From: Eledone cirrhosa
Lineage: Eukaryota
DNA length: 64,000 nucleotides
Direction of reading: 5' to 3'
Assembly (NCBI GenBank): GCA_964016885.1
Contig: OZ024742.1
Span: 59,024,001 to 59,088,000, forward strand
The notes below the pieces were generated by a model. The model saw nothing but the letters and a program-made list of their open reading frames with translations. It ran no database searches and was not told the origin of the DNA. Shown piece by piece: positions 1 to 13,054 of this stretch. Numbering within the stretch: the stretch's first letter is position 1; each line of letters opens with the position of its first letter. The position numbers were made by a program, and so were the translations under genes.

Positions 1-103
1 CGCCTCGTACTGTAACCAACCAAACATCCAATACAGTCATTTTCTCTTTTACCTGTCTTCTCTTATCCTCTGTTTACCCGGGCGAAGCTGGGTACGTCAG
101 CTA

Positions 104-104
<1 letters not shown>
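1..104 (+). mobile_element. Helitron 3' terminus
   Basis: Imperfect hairpin TACCCGGGCGAAGCTGGGTA (75-94) a few nt upstream of CTAG (101-104), followed by T. Confidence 0.7.
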
Positions 105-168
<64 letters not shown>

Positions 169-260
169 TAACAGATTAAAATTTAAGCAATCTGTAAACG
201 CAGAAGTGAATATTTCAAAAAACCTTACAATAAATATAACGAACTAGGCAAATTGAATTT

Positions 261-319
<59 letters not shown>

Positions 320-585
320 CGGCGATGACTTAGTTTTGCGAGGTTTTTTATATGAAATCGTGTGTCGAAACAGATATTGTTATATTTGGGGAGGGTCATA
401 TTTGCGTAATATTGCCAGAATTAATAACAGAACACACTCACTGTTTGGTTGGTTTTCGCTTCTCGCTGTCTTTTATATATATATATCTGCGATCTAACTT
501 ACTCGGTCCTCAATGTTGCCATTGACTGACCGGCGGTCAAAAATAATACAGATACAATATAGACAAACACATATATATATAGTTT

Positions 586-626
586 ACATAAATCTTTCGT
601 TGCACATCTGCAACATCGTCAGTGGT
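586..626 (-). ncRNA. Type I hammerhead motif in PLE 3' UTR
   Basis: Minus strand reads CTGACGA-T-GTTGCA gatg TGCAAC-GAAA-GATT-TA. Helix I is weak. Confidence 0.6.
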
Positions 627-895
627 GTTATATTCATTGTTCCTCCTGTTGTGTTGTATGTCTACGCCATTTTTTTTTGTTCAGTCTGTCTATATATTTA
701 TTTATTTATTTGCTTGTTTGTTTATCTTATTTTATTTTGTCTTCTTTGCGCATGCGTTTGCGTGTGTGTATAGTGTTATGTGTGATGTGTGACTAGTGTG
801 TATAGTGTTGTGTCTGCTGGGTGACTAGTGTGTGTTTATGTGCTTGTGTATGTATTTATTTATCTTATTTTATTTAATTTAATTTACTTATTTAT

Positions 896-2443
896 TTATA
901 CTTCTCTTAGGTCAGTGTTGTTTGTTTGGGTGTTGTTGTTGTTCCACTCATTCTTTCTGTTTAGCTTTGGTCTTCTAATTTCTATTTCACTGGCCTCTCT
1001 GATTTGCCTATCTGCTGGGTCATTCCTATGTTTAGATATTATTCTAATTTCTATGTTGTCTATGTTACCGTCATGATGTTGTCTAGCATGTTCGTATAGT
1101 ACTGACCCGTTTTTTCGTCCTTTTAGTTCCCCCCAGTGTTGGTCTATCCTTTCACCTATGCTACGAGCTGTCTCACCTATGTATGTTGTTGTCGTGTTTC
1201 TGCAAGTACCCTCTGTACATCTTATGCTATAGACTACGTTTCTAGTTTTGCAGTTTATCCGGGGGTTCACCTTACATATGATACATTTCCTATTGGTACA
1301 GTGGGTTTTCTTAAAAGGGTAGGTTTTGCTGATCAGGGATTTTATGGTGGTTCCTGGCTTTTCTACCACCTTTATTTTTAAGTGGGTCTTTCTCAGGGCC
1401 TTTCTACACTGGTTAGCTAATTTCCCTCCAGGGGTGGCGTCCACAAACATGACACTCTGATATCTCTGGTTGTCGTACCATGATGTGGCCTTCCCTATCT
1501 TATGTCTAGCCCTATCTAAGCTATTCCATGATTTGCTCCTGTATAGTGGGCAAATTCCTTTCATGTCCAGTTCTATGAGGGTCTTATACTTTTCCATGGC
1601 TCCTTCGTATACTCTGACTCTGTCTCTTTGGTTGTAGCCAGAGAACTGCATGCGGTTGATGAAGTGTTGGATGTGTCCTTCCATTTCTGTTGGGTCGCAC
1701 ATGCTGGACACATTCTTCATCACTCGTACCAAATCTGCGATCAGAATATTAAACTTAGCACTACTGGACATTGCTGAGTTTTTGAGTATCAGGTATTTGG
1801 AGGCCATGGGTTTAGCATAGTGTGAGTGGAGAATTTGGGCTCTCTCGTCTATAGTGTTAATCCAGAGTTCTGTGTCTAATACAGGTAGTCTATTGTTAGG
1901 GTGTTTGGAAGGGAAGTCTATAGTTACAGTTATACTCTGGTGTATGGAATTAGCTATCTGCTGGATGCTTTCCATCGTGCTACGTTCTAAATCAAACTTG
2001 TTAGTGCTCTCTAGTGGGGGTGTTCTTATAACTATATTGATATCGTCTACATAACGAGAGTACATGATGAGGTCTATGGAGCTTTCATTAAGGAGATCTT
2101 TAAGTCTCCTTTCCCACCATACCATGAAAAGGTTGGCAACATCGCCAGCTATGCTGACGCCGATGGCTGCTCCCTCATTTTGGGTGTAGATTTTCTCATT
2201 GAACTTAAATATGTGGCCCTTTAGGGTAGTTTTGATACTAGCCCCTATTGCATGTGCGACCATTTTTCTTACCTGATCAGTGTTTTGGGGGGTCCGTATA
2301 GCTTTGGTCCACCCAATCCACCTTCCTATGGGAGTCTTTTTAGCCATTGAGGTTATGGTGGGGGGTCTACCTCTTATAGGTCTACTAGGGCAGAAACATC
2401 TAAGGTCATGGCTGTCTAGGTAGTCAGTGTCGTAGGTAAGTCT
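896..2443 (-). CDS. PLE reverse transcriptase/GIY-YIG endonuclease, N-terminally truncated
   Basis: ORF 896..2455 has no internal stops. Its nominal TTG start lies across the inversion junction at ~2444, so it is not a real start. Confidence 0.85.
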   Translation of the reverse strand, partial: RLTYDTDYLDSHDLRCFCPSRPIRGRPPTITSMAKKTPIGRWIGWTKAIRTPQNTDQVRKMVAHAIGASIKTTLKGHIFKFNEKIYTQNEGAAIGVSIAGDVANLFMVWWERRLKDLLNESSIDLIMYSRYVDDINIVIRTPPLESTNKFDLERSTMESIQQIANSIHQSITVTIDFPSKHPNNRLPVLDTELWINTIDERAQILHSHYAKPMASKYLILKNSAMSSSAKFNILIADLVRVMKNVSSMCDPTEMEGHIQHFINRMQFSGYNQRDRVRVYEGAMEKYKTLIELDMKGICPLYRSKSWNSLDRARHKIGKATSWYDNQRYQSVMFVDATPGGKLANQCRKALRKTHLKIKVVEKPGTTIKSLISKTYPFKKTHCTNRKCIICKVNPRINCKTRNVVYSIRCTEGTCRNTTTTYIGETARSIGERIDQHWGELKGRKNGSVLYEHARQHHDGNIDNIEIRIISKHRNDPADRQIREASEIEIRRPKLNRKNEWNNNNTQTNNTDLREV

Positions 2444-3743
2444 AAAACTCAGCAATGTCCAGTAGTGCTAAGTTTAATATTCTGATCGCAGATTTGGTAC
2501 GAGTGATGAAGAATGTGTCCAGCATGTGCGACCCAACAGAAATGGAAGGACACATCCAACACTTCATCAACCGCATGCAGTTCTCTGGCTACAACCAAAG
2601 AGACAGAGTCAGAGTATACGAAGGAGCCATGGAAAAGTATAAGACCCTCATAGAACTGGACATGAAAGGAATTTGCCCACTATACAGGAGCAAATCATGG
2701 AATAGCTTAGATAGGGCTAGACATAAGATAGGGAAGGCCACATCATGGTACGACAACCAGAGATATCAGAGTGTCATGTTTGTGGACGCCACCCCTGGAG
2801 GGAAATTAGCTAACCAGTGTAGAAAGGCCCTGAGAAAGACCCACTTAAAAATAAAGGTGGTAGAAAAGCCAGGAACCACCATAAAATCCCTGATCAGCAA
2901 AACCTACCCTTTTAAGAAAACCCACTGTACCAATAGGAAATGTATCATATGTAAGGTGAACCCCCGGATAAACTGCAAAACTAGAAACGTAGTCTATAGC
3001 ATAAGATGTACAGAGGGTACTTGCAGAAACACGACAACAACATACATAGGTGAGACAGCTCGTAGCATAGGTGAAAGGATAGACCAACACTGGGGGGAAC
3101 TAAAAGGACGAAAAAACGGGTCAGTACTATACGAACATGCTAGACAACATCATGACGGTAACATAGACAACATAGAAATTAGAATAATATCTAAACATAG
3201 GAATGACCCAGCAGATAGGCAAATCAGAGAGAGGCCAGTGAAATAGAAATTAGAAGACCAAAGCTAAACAGAAAGAATGAGTGGAACAACAACAACACCC
3301 AAACAAACAACACTGACCTAAGAGAAGTATAAATAAATAAGTAAATTAAATTAAATAAAATAAGATAAATAAATACATACACAAGCACATAAACACACAC
3401 TAGTCACCCAGCAGACACAACACTATACACACTAGTCACACATCACACATAACACTATACACACACGCAAACGCATGCGCAAAGAAGACAAAATAAAATA
3501 AGATAAACAAACAAGCAAATAAATAAATAAATATATAGACAGACTGAACAAAAAAAAAAATGGCGTAGACATACAACACAACAGGAGGAACAATGAATAT
3601 AACACCACTGACGATGTTGCAGATGTGCAACGAAAGATTTATGTAAACTATATATATATGTGTTTGTCTATATTGTATCTGTATTATTTTTGACCGCCGG
3701 TCAGTCAATGGCAACATTGAGGACCGAGTAAGTTAGATCGCAG
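2444..3743 (+). mobile_element. Inverted second copy of the same PLE 3' half (thumb, GIY-YIG, 3' UTR)
   Basis: Reverse complement of 487-1782. An extra GA near 3230 frameshifts ORF 2455..3246. Confidence 0.93.
3604..3644 (+). ncRNA. Type I hammerhead motif in PLE 3' UTR (mirror copy)
   Basis: CTGACGA (3608) T GTTGCA/TGCAAC GAAA (3632) GATT TA. Confidence 0.6.
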
Positions 3744-3905
3744 ATATATATATATAAAAGACAGCGAGAAGCGAAAACCAACCAAACAGTGAGTGTGTTC
3801 TGTTATTAATTCTGGCAATATTACGCAAATATGACCCTCCCCAAATATAACAATATATATATATATATATATATACTATATATATATACTATATATATAT
3901 ATATA

Positions 3906-3947
<42 letters not shown>

Positions 3948-3980
3948 TATATATATAGTATATATATATATATATATGTA

Positions 3981-4043
<63 letters not shown>

Positions 4044-4780
4044 AAATTCAATTTGCCTAGTTCGTTATATTTATTGTAAGGTTTTTTGAAATATTCACTT
4101 CTGCGTTTACAGATTGACTTTGTTAGTTTCAGAAGATCCCGTTATATATATATACTATATATATATATATATACTAAGACAAAACATATATATTTGCTAG
4201 CATAGGTATGCATCTGTATACATATGTTGGTAGATATACTAATTCTTTATAATTATCTCCAAATTATTTGTTGAGCAAAACTTGCCGAAATTACTACTAT
4301 GGTTCATGGTAGTGGCTAGGCCCTTGTCTTATTAGCACTCCACTCCTCACTGATTAACCTCAGTGTCACGTGATTGATTCTTTTGAATTTGCCACTGACC
4401 AAGTAGGCAGTGAATTTTTTCAATGTCTTGGAATTTAGTCCCCGCTCACTTTTTCCCATCCACTGAATTATTTTTATATAAGTTCCCAGTGTCCTCGCAT
4501 TGCCTGGAGGCTTAGCTGAGAATAGACTCCCTGATGACGTAAGGTTTCTCTGTGGGTACATTCCGTAACCATATTTATTCCCTTACAGAAACTAATTAGT
4601 TGGAGTGAAATTTTAGTAAGTAAGTCGATTTTCATAATTTTCTTATTTACGTCTTTCATATATATATATATATATATATACACGTTGCACTGCCCAGTCC
4701 GCCTTCCTCTATTCGCCCTTCTTACTCTTTCTACGCTCCACTGTTATCCTTTCTTGTCTGCTCGCTAGACTGCAGTCCAT

Positions 4781-4948
4781 AGGGTCGGACACCATGCTTT
4801 GCAGCAAAGAGTTACGGCCCTTTATGGTCTGTGTTCAAATCCCACCGAGGTTAACTTTGCCTTTCATCCTTATGGGGTCAATAAAATAAAGTACCAGTAA
4901 TACACTGGGATAATTGCTGGCCTTATGCCAAAAGTAGAAACAATTATT
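4781..4948 (+). mobile_element. tRNA-derived SINE, family A
   Basis: B box GTTCAAATCCC, then GCCTTTCATCCTTAyGGGGTCrATAAAATAAAGTACCAG and tail GCCAAAAGTAGAAAC. About 15 or more copies in the window. Confidence 0.85.
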
Positions 4949-5262
4949 CTTTTCTGTTTCTCTATTTCTCGCCTTTTATATTCTTTTCTTCTCTGGCTAA
5001 GCCGTCGCGTACCTTTCACTCCCGTCTTTGTCTGTTGACGTACTTGGGATACTTTATCATCTATTTTTGTGTAATTCGCCGAAATGCATAACTTGTCTCG
5101 TCGTCGTTCACTTGAATGAACAGTGACAACCTAATTTACCGAAACCGTAGTGATTTCCATAGTTTGACTGAGGAAATAGGGCTCTCCGTTTTTCCGCTGA
5201 TTTCTCCATTATTTCTGTCCTGTGCGCCTCCCTATTTTGAATATATATATATATATATATAT

Positions 5263-5350
5263 GAGTAATCATAACAATAGATATGAGTAATCATAACAAT
5301 AGATATGAGTAATCATAACAATATATATATGAGTAATCATAACAATAGAT
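5263..5350. repeat. 22-bp minisatellite, about 4 copies
   Basis: GAGTAATCATAACAATAGATAT repeated. Confidence 0.85.
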
Positions 5351-5799
5351 ATATAAATACATATCATTACATTTAAATACATATAAATACATACATACAT
5401 ACATACATACATACATACATACATACATACATACATACATACATACATACATACATACATACATACATACATACACACATGTATACATATGTACACATAT
5501 ACAACTTAGTACAGTTGACTGCTAATGATTCTTACAGACTTCAGTGCAAAAACTTAAAACTGTATACAACCCCATACCATCTTGTTTTTGGAACAGAAGG
5601 CATGGTGGACACACACATATATCTGCACACACGCACACACACACACACACATACATACACACACATTTTCTCTAACACTTCGCCCAATGAAAGACACATT
5701 ATTTCACACATATATACAAACATACACACACATTTATGCATTCATTGATGTGTGTATATATACATACACCATAACATATGAATACACATAGTTTATCAT

Positions 5800-6230
5800 T
5801 CTTTTCCATCTGTCACAGTTATGTGTTAGATCTCGGGTTTCCGCTAATGATTTGCCTGTCCATTCTTTTATATTGTCTGTCCATCGTTTTGTCTCTTAAC
5901 GTCTCTTTTCCACACCCGATGCTTCAAACTGATCATTGCGAGACTACATGATTCTCTTACATGACCATACCATCTCAGATTTCTGTTATTTAGCATTCAG
6001 GGGTAGGAGTTCAATACGATGCCAGATGGTTTTGTAGACCAGCTCCTTTGTAAGATTTAGTCTATGTATGAGATGCCTAAGAATAGCCTTTTATTTCTAG
6101 TGTCTGTATCTTTTGTTGCATCTCTGCAGTGAGAATCCATGTCTCACATACGTACTGGAAGGTGGATAGTACCAGCAGTGACAGGAGTCTGGTATTCTTC
6201 CTGCTAATGTTTCTATATCTTTCTCTGTAT
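5800..6230 (-). mobile_element. RTE-clade LINE 3' remnant
   Basis: Minus strand gives RWTDNIKEWTG-like C-terminal RTE sequence. Confidence 0.6.
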
Positions 6231-6429
6231 TTCTGCTGTGGAAATCAATTCCTCTCATTCGTAGTGAAAGTTGAATAGTATCAACAGAGACAGGAGTCTA
6301 AAATTATTCTTCATGCTGATGTTTCTATATTGTACATCTTTTCCAATGCCTGTACTGTGTTTCGGCTAAATATTAGTCTAAAAAAGACAAAGGTCATGTA
6401 CACACACACACACACATATATACATACAC

Positions 6430-6513
<84 letters not shown>

Positions 6514-6515
<2 letters not shown>

Positions 6516-7169
6516 TAAATCATCTCTTTAGAATCACTAGATATAATATATACCATTTCCTCTCCCAGTTAGCATAATTAACCATATAAAAAATCAATTA
6601 GACCTAGCTATAAGAATAAAGGCTCCTATGAAGAAATCTTCGACAAATAACCTAAAGCAGCCTCTTCGCGGTGGCCACGATAGAGTATTTATCCAACATT
6701 TCGGCAGCATGTAGAAACTGACCAAATATACCGTCAACTAAACACAATTAGGTGTAAATTCAAACTTAGAAGAAATACGTAAATACCTTAATTACCTCTA
6801 CCGGTTTCGTCCGTATTTCAAGACATCCGATAATAGGGAATGTCCAGAGCTTCGGACTCATCAGGAGCGAACTCAAAATTAGACATTTAATTTTCCAAAG
6901 TGATCGCGCCAAAAATAGAATAAAAAATGGCTAAGAATCGTGACGTGGCAGCGGTCAAGTTAGAAAGGATGTGATTAGTTGCTTACGGTGGGTAGGCTTA
7001 TTGCTAGAAAGCGCAGCCCAATATCGCCAAATTGTATCTAAACCTAACGGGAGATTAGTAAATATAAAGGTTTAGATATATATAAAGTTATAGATATATA
7101 TGTTTTGCAATCGGTCACGTTTTGGCTAAATGAAGAATTGAGCAATATATCATAAATCATGTCTTTAGA

Positions 7170-7173
<4 letters not shown>
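6514..7173 (-). mobile_element. ~640-bp terminally redundant non-coding insert in (TA)n with one HHR
   Basis: CATAAATCATsTCTTTAGAATCA at 6514 and 7151. TA arrays on both sides. Confidence 0.7.
6796..6867 (-). ncRNA. Type I hammerhead ribozyme
   Basis: Minus strand: CTC-CTGATGA-GTCCG...CGGAC-GAAA-CCGG-TA-GAG. Canonical core with palindromic ACCGGU. Confidence 0.85.
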
Positions 7174-7255
<82 letters not shown>

Positions 7256-7256
7256 C

Positions 7257-7301
<45 letters not shown>

Positions 7302-7319
7302 TGTGTGTGTGTATATATT

Positions 7320-8755
7320 AAAAGTTCGTTTAAAGCCATCTAATGCAAGTAGGTTAGTAGTCGCCACTAAAACGTGGGTGTCGTATGGTAGAGTTTGCGC
7401 GCACGGGCCAGTGTTGTCTCCTTGCATTCTAGTAGTGGTTCTGTTTGATGTGGTAGGTAGGTGGTGGATGAAGAGCGAAATGTACAATAACATTCGATCG
7501 TCTGTTATTGTGTCTGTGTATCGTCGTCATTCGGGTTCAACCAGCCACCGCGTTTCGCTCCTTTCGGATCTGTTGTTGATTGGCGATTGCAATCCTTTTA
7601 TCCAAAGTGCTTCCTTGATCCTTAGAGTTCCAATGTTGCTTTTTGTTGCTAGCACCGTGACAGTGAGTCTTCCGTCCTTCTTTCCGCATTTGGTGATGTG
7701 CTTCCGAAAGGACAATGCTCTAATGCTGATGTGCTCCTTCATTCGTATGTGCAGCAATCGAATGGTGCTGTCGATATAAAAATATTTGCACTTGTCACAT
7801 TCGATCTTATGAACGACGTAGGTGCACAAGCAAGAGTATGTGCGACGTATCGGGCAATTACCGAGGGAGCACGTATTATCCGTATTGTGTTGTTTCGTAA
7901 AGAAGCATCTCCGAGGGAGGGTCCTGAGTGGGCCAATTGGATGTCGAGATCCTCCCTCCGTATGGCCCAGCGGATAGCGCTGGTGGTTCTTTCGCCATCT
8001 GCGGGATCTTGAGGAAGTACTTGTCAGTCAGGTTTCTCTTACTCCTGTGTCTGGGGTTCCTTATTCTGTTGGCGAAAGATGCTGGATAGCCGTTGGCTTC
8101 CAACACCCTGTGGAACTGCTTGGTGTGGGTGACATCATTCACGGCATCACTGCTTCTATCATCCGCGTAACCACGTTTGTGATGTGTCCTCTCTTAGCGC
8201 TGATAGGAAGAGCAGATTTGAAGTGTACGAACAGATCCCTGCAGGCCGCCTTGTAGTAGAAGTTTGTGTTGACCTCTCCGTGTTCCATGATGTTTAGTCG
8301 GAAGTCAAGGAGAGCAAAGGACCTGTCGTCGGTGGGGTGCTCCATGCTGAATTTGATATTTTCATCCGTATTATTGAACGCCTCGTAAATATCGTTAACC
8401 GTCTCTCAGGAAGACGTGAGGATGAGGATTTCATCCAATTATCTTTAGATGAAGTCAGCGTGAGGGTGGCAGGTGTTGAGTGCTTTGCGTTCCAGTTGGT
8501 ATTGCAAGCACACCCGATAGGCTTGACCCCATGGGTTGTCTCGAGGTCTGTCGGTATGTGTGACTGAGAAAGTCGAAATATCTGTTGTCGATGACAATGG
8601 AGAGGAGATGGTGAATATCGGTGGTGAATACGAAACAGTGCATATTGGACTGGATTCGTTCCATCAGTATGTCGACGGCCAGGAGTCCAGGAACTGAGGT
8701 GTATATAGCGACCACATCAAGGCAGAAGGCATGCCTGTTAATTCTTCTGGCTTCA
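7320..8755 (-). pseudogene. Degenerate Penelope/Poseidon-type PLE (RT + GIY-YIG)
   Basis: Broken frames with LDVVAIYTSVP, PMGSSLSG, FALLDF, VVHKIECDKC..YIDST..RMKEH, KEALWIK. Confidence 0.85.
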
Positions 8756-8756
8756 G

Positions 8757-8788
<32 letters not shown>

Positions 8789-9090
8789 AATTTACAGTAC
8801 ACATCGAACAGAAGTCATTTCATGTGAAAAAAAAATTATAGGTTTTTTAAAAGTTTGCTGGAGGAATTTTGTGTATTACTAACCGGTTTTCAATTTTGAG
8901 AACTGTTTAAAGGTGTAATTTTTGAGGTTAGATTTGTGCCGGTGTTATGTAGTTTTGACATTTGTCATTATTTGAAAATAATATTTATTTTGTATGAACT
9001 AATTTCTTTTCGTTGTGTACTGTAAATTTGCGTGTGTATATATATAAATAAAGACATTAGGTGCATCTTAACCCTGTATTATTATTTTCA

Positions 9091-9170
<80 letters not shown>

Positions 9171-9176
9171 AGGGGG

Positions 9177-9221
<45 letters not shown>

Positions 9222-9222
9222 C

Positions 9223-9282
<60 letters not shown>

Positions 9283-9846
9283 TTATATATATATATATAT
9301 ATATATACAGTTACGCGAGGAAAATTACATAAGGCATCATAGAGTATATAAATTAATTAACTGCATATAAACATTTCTTCTAGGCTTACCCTAAAAGAAT
9401 GTGTGGTGTTACGTTCCCTAGGGGGAACAAACTAGAAATACTTTCGCATCTAGACGAATACATTATTCATTCATATGGTTGGTGATTTGTTACGTAACTG
9501 ACTCCAGTAGTAATTGCCTAATTTACACCAGCAGATGGCTCATTTTTGATACTCGCTGTTATATATACACACACGCACGGACACACACAGACACAGACAT
9601 ATACACACAAATGCATATATAAACAATCTGACTGATCGACCATAAGTCTCAAAACAGAAAACCATATGGACACCCGTATATATATATATATATATAATAG
9701 CTCACTCTAATATACATATATATGTGTATATAAATGTATATATGTATGTATATATGTATACACGTATATATACATGTTAATATATATAAATATATGTGCA
9801 TACACACACTTACACACACACATATATATATATAGTTATACATATA

Positions 9847-9915
<69 letters not shown>

Positions 9916-10805
9916 ATGTATATATATATATGTATATATATACATATATATACATATATACAATATAGACAATATAATCAAAAGTATGTCAACGAAAAAG
10001 AAATTGTTCCTGTTGCAATGGCGACTAAATTTAATGATATAATAAAGTCATTAGACATTTGAACGTTAAATTTAATTAGAGTAGTTTATTTTGCAAGCCA
10101 ACAATATGTCTAAATGTCTAAGAGTCTGTACCTCAGGGGAGCGTGCTTTACACTAGATACACATACGGCTGGGTCTCGCAAAACCACATATAACGACGGC
10201 TGTATCTTTATGAAGACCGTCACCCTCATAAGCGTAATTGGTTTAGGTTTGTTGGTTGATACGCTAGTAGTATTTTAAAAAATATATTTCTGAAAGGCGT
10301 AATTGGTTTTACTCTATGTCTAGTGTGATATGTATCCGGTGTGTCAGGTTTTATTTAGTATACGGATAATATTTACTTGAGTTCGCGGATAGTATTGGTT
10401 TGGTGTAGTTTTGTTTTTGTTTATGTTAGAGCAATTAAAAGTTTTGGTAGTATATATAATATAGCGAATTGAAAAAGATCGATCACTATTCATACAATTA
10501 GTGGATAGAACGCCCTCTGTGGGGATTTAAAAAATCCCAAAACAATAAGCAACATCAATTACAGAGGGGAAACATAATTTTAGTCATTAAAAAAGTAACA
10601 AAAAAAAAAAAAATCAAAACAAAGCAAAAACAAAACAGAAAAAAAACCTGTTAAATTCACTTTACATTTACCATTTACATTTTGGGGTCAAAACTTTCGT
10701 TGCTGATACAGCTGCCGTGAAACTGCTTAAGTTTGAACACACGGTCCGAGATCAAGTGACTTGCCAGACAGGTTAAACTCCCAACCAACAAACAATAAAA
10801 TAACG

Positions 10806-11270
10806 ATTTCTGATTTAGGCACAAGTCCAGAAATCGGTGGTGGTGGGAAGATCGATTATATCGACACTACAACTTAACTGATACTTTATTTTATTGACAC
10901 TACAAAGATGAATGGCATAGTTCAACTGGGCGGTATTTGAAATCAGAATGTAAAAAAAGTCTAAAATATAAAATTTGTCTCAAGCCCGGAGATTCATTAG
11001 GCCGGTGATTATCTCTGGATTCTTTGCCGTTAAGCGATTGAGAGCGCAAGACTCTCCCTTGGACAGGGCGCCAGTCCATGGCGGAATTAAACTCCTAGCT
11101 ACTTCTGGTACTCATTTTCAGTTGAGTGTGCTGGAATAGCGTACAATGAAGTGTTTTACTCAAGAATACAACACATAACCCACGATATTATGATAGTAAG
11201 TCAAACACTCTAACCAGTATAAATGCCGCAAAGCAGTTTGTCCGACATGCTAAAGATTCTGCCAAGCCTA
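10806..11270 (-). mobile_element. SINE A copy interrupted by a second tRNA-SINE (about 10975-11217)
   Basis: SINE A halves at 10806-10955 and 11220-11270 flank a different SINE-like segment. Confidence 0.6.
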
Positions 11271-11619
11271 ATTCAATAAAAATAACATAATCGAATTCAT
11301 TCGTAAATGAATACGATTTAAATGGGAGCTGATTCAGTTTTTAAAATCAAATGTTGCTATGTTGTTATGTTACTGTTATACTGTTGCTGCTGTTGTTTAG
11401 CGCCATGCTGATCATCGACCAGTAGATTTATAATTGAAGGTATTCCGACTATTCCAGCCATGACCCTCCGATATTATTCTCCTCATATACAGTGTATGAC
11501 AACGGGAGAGACCGTCATCACGCTATCGTTTATATATATATATATATATGTAAATATATATATATATATATACATATAAAAGTATGTATGTTTATATATG
11601 AATGTATATGTATGTTTGT

Positions 11620-11650
<31 letters not shown>

Positions 11651-11701
11651 CATACACATACATAAATATATATATATATATACATACACATACAGTACAT
11701 A

Positions 11702-11770
<69 letters not shown>

Positions 11771-11850
11771 AAGTATGTATGTATATGAATGTATATGTAT
11801 GTTTGTATATATATATATATATATTTATATATATACATACACATACATAC

Positions 11851-11889
<39 letters not shown>

Positions 11890-12128
11890 CACATACAGTA
11901 CATATATTTATATATATATATATATATATATATACTAAGTTAAGGTATCGTAACATATATAATATATAATTGTTTCTACTTTTGGCACAAGGCCAGCAAT
12001 TACCCAGTACATTACTGGTACCTTTACAATATGTATCATAACATATGTAATATGATGATTATGTTTCTCAATCGAAATGCTCAATGGGCGTTTCGCCTGA
12101 CCATCTATAATTCAAATTAAAAGATATA

Positions 12129-12420
12129 TCTCCTTATAATATATAACCAGCAATTTCTCTGTCTGTCTGTCCGACAGTGGAAACACGTGCGTAGAGAGAG
12201 AGTGAGAGTGAAAGAAAGAGACAGACTACGAGAGGAGGATAGCGGAAGGGAGAGAGGGAGAGAGAGAGAGAGTGAATAGACGCTAAAACACGTGCTACAG
12301 AAACATTACCTTCCCCTCTCCACTGACTTTGGTCACTGAGGCCGAGGGAATCGCGCTGAGCGCGTCATAATGACGTAATGCAGACAGCCAAAAACCACCC
12401 ACCGGGTGGTTTTCTGCTAG
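12129..12420 (+). mobile_element. Non-autonomous Helitron
   Basis: A|TC start. 3' hairpin AAAACCACCCACCGGGTGGTTTT followed by CTAG. Confidence 0.75.
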
Positions 12421-13054
12421 TCTATATATATAAAACTGAGGATGTCTGCTCTGTGTGTGTCTGTGAGTTTAAATCCCTAAAACCCGAGAAGTACTCAACC
12501 GATTTTTTTCAAACTTTACATGTGCATTACTTATGTTTCAGGGAGTATTATGCACATAAAACTTCTTGAGTGTTATGCACATAAAACTTTTTGATCCCCT
12601 AAAGCCCGCATTAGGTGAAAAACTGCGTTTTTTCAGCTTTTTAGGGGTTTTTTGAGGCGTTATGTCAGACCGATTTCCTTGAAATTGTAACTATGTATTA
12701 GTCAGTTTCTTCTTCATACGGTGAACAAAGAAAATCCAACTTTTTTTTATGGCCTAGGGCCCGCATTAGGAGAATAATTTCATTTTTTCAGATTTTTAGG
12801 GCTTTTTTGAGGCGTTACGTCTAGCCGATTTTCCTGAAATTTCAAGGCATATTATGCGCATAAAAAAAAATTCATTTTCTTGATCCCCTAGGTGAAAACC
12901 TGCATTTTTCCTGCTTCAACGAGGAAAATCTTAAAGATTATCCAGCCATCAGAGTATTCGGTTTATTTTCTTTATATATTGGCCAGGATTAAGTCTGTTA
13001 GCGGCCCGCATTCAAAAATACCTTATCCCGTCCAACACCGGGTACCACTGCTAG
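12421..13054 (+). mobile_element. Non-autonomous Helitron
   Basis: 5' TCTATATATATAAAACTG, 3' CCCGTCCAACACCGGG..CTAG|T, internal subrepeats. Confidence 0.8.

Larger units (their letters stand above)
487..2443 (-). mobile_element. 5'-truncated Penelope-like retroelement (RT + C-terminal GIY-YIG; Naiad/Neptune-like), left arm
   Basis: Open frame with RT motifs (EGAAIGVSIAG, YSRYVDDI, LPVLD), Cys-rich linker CTNRKCIIC..C and VVY..YIGET GIY-YIG. The 3' UTR contains an HHR. Confidence 0.93.

Noticed and set aside
896-2443. Selenoprotein-type PLE (in-frame UGA plus SECIS)
   Set aside because: The visible ORF has ordinary Cys codons and no in-frame UGA, and I saw no convincing SECIS.
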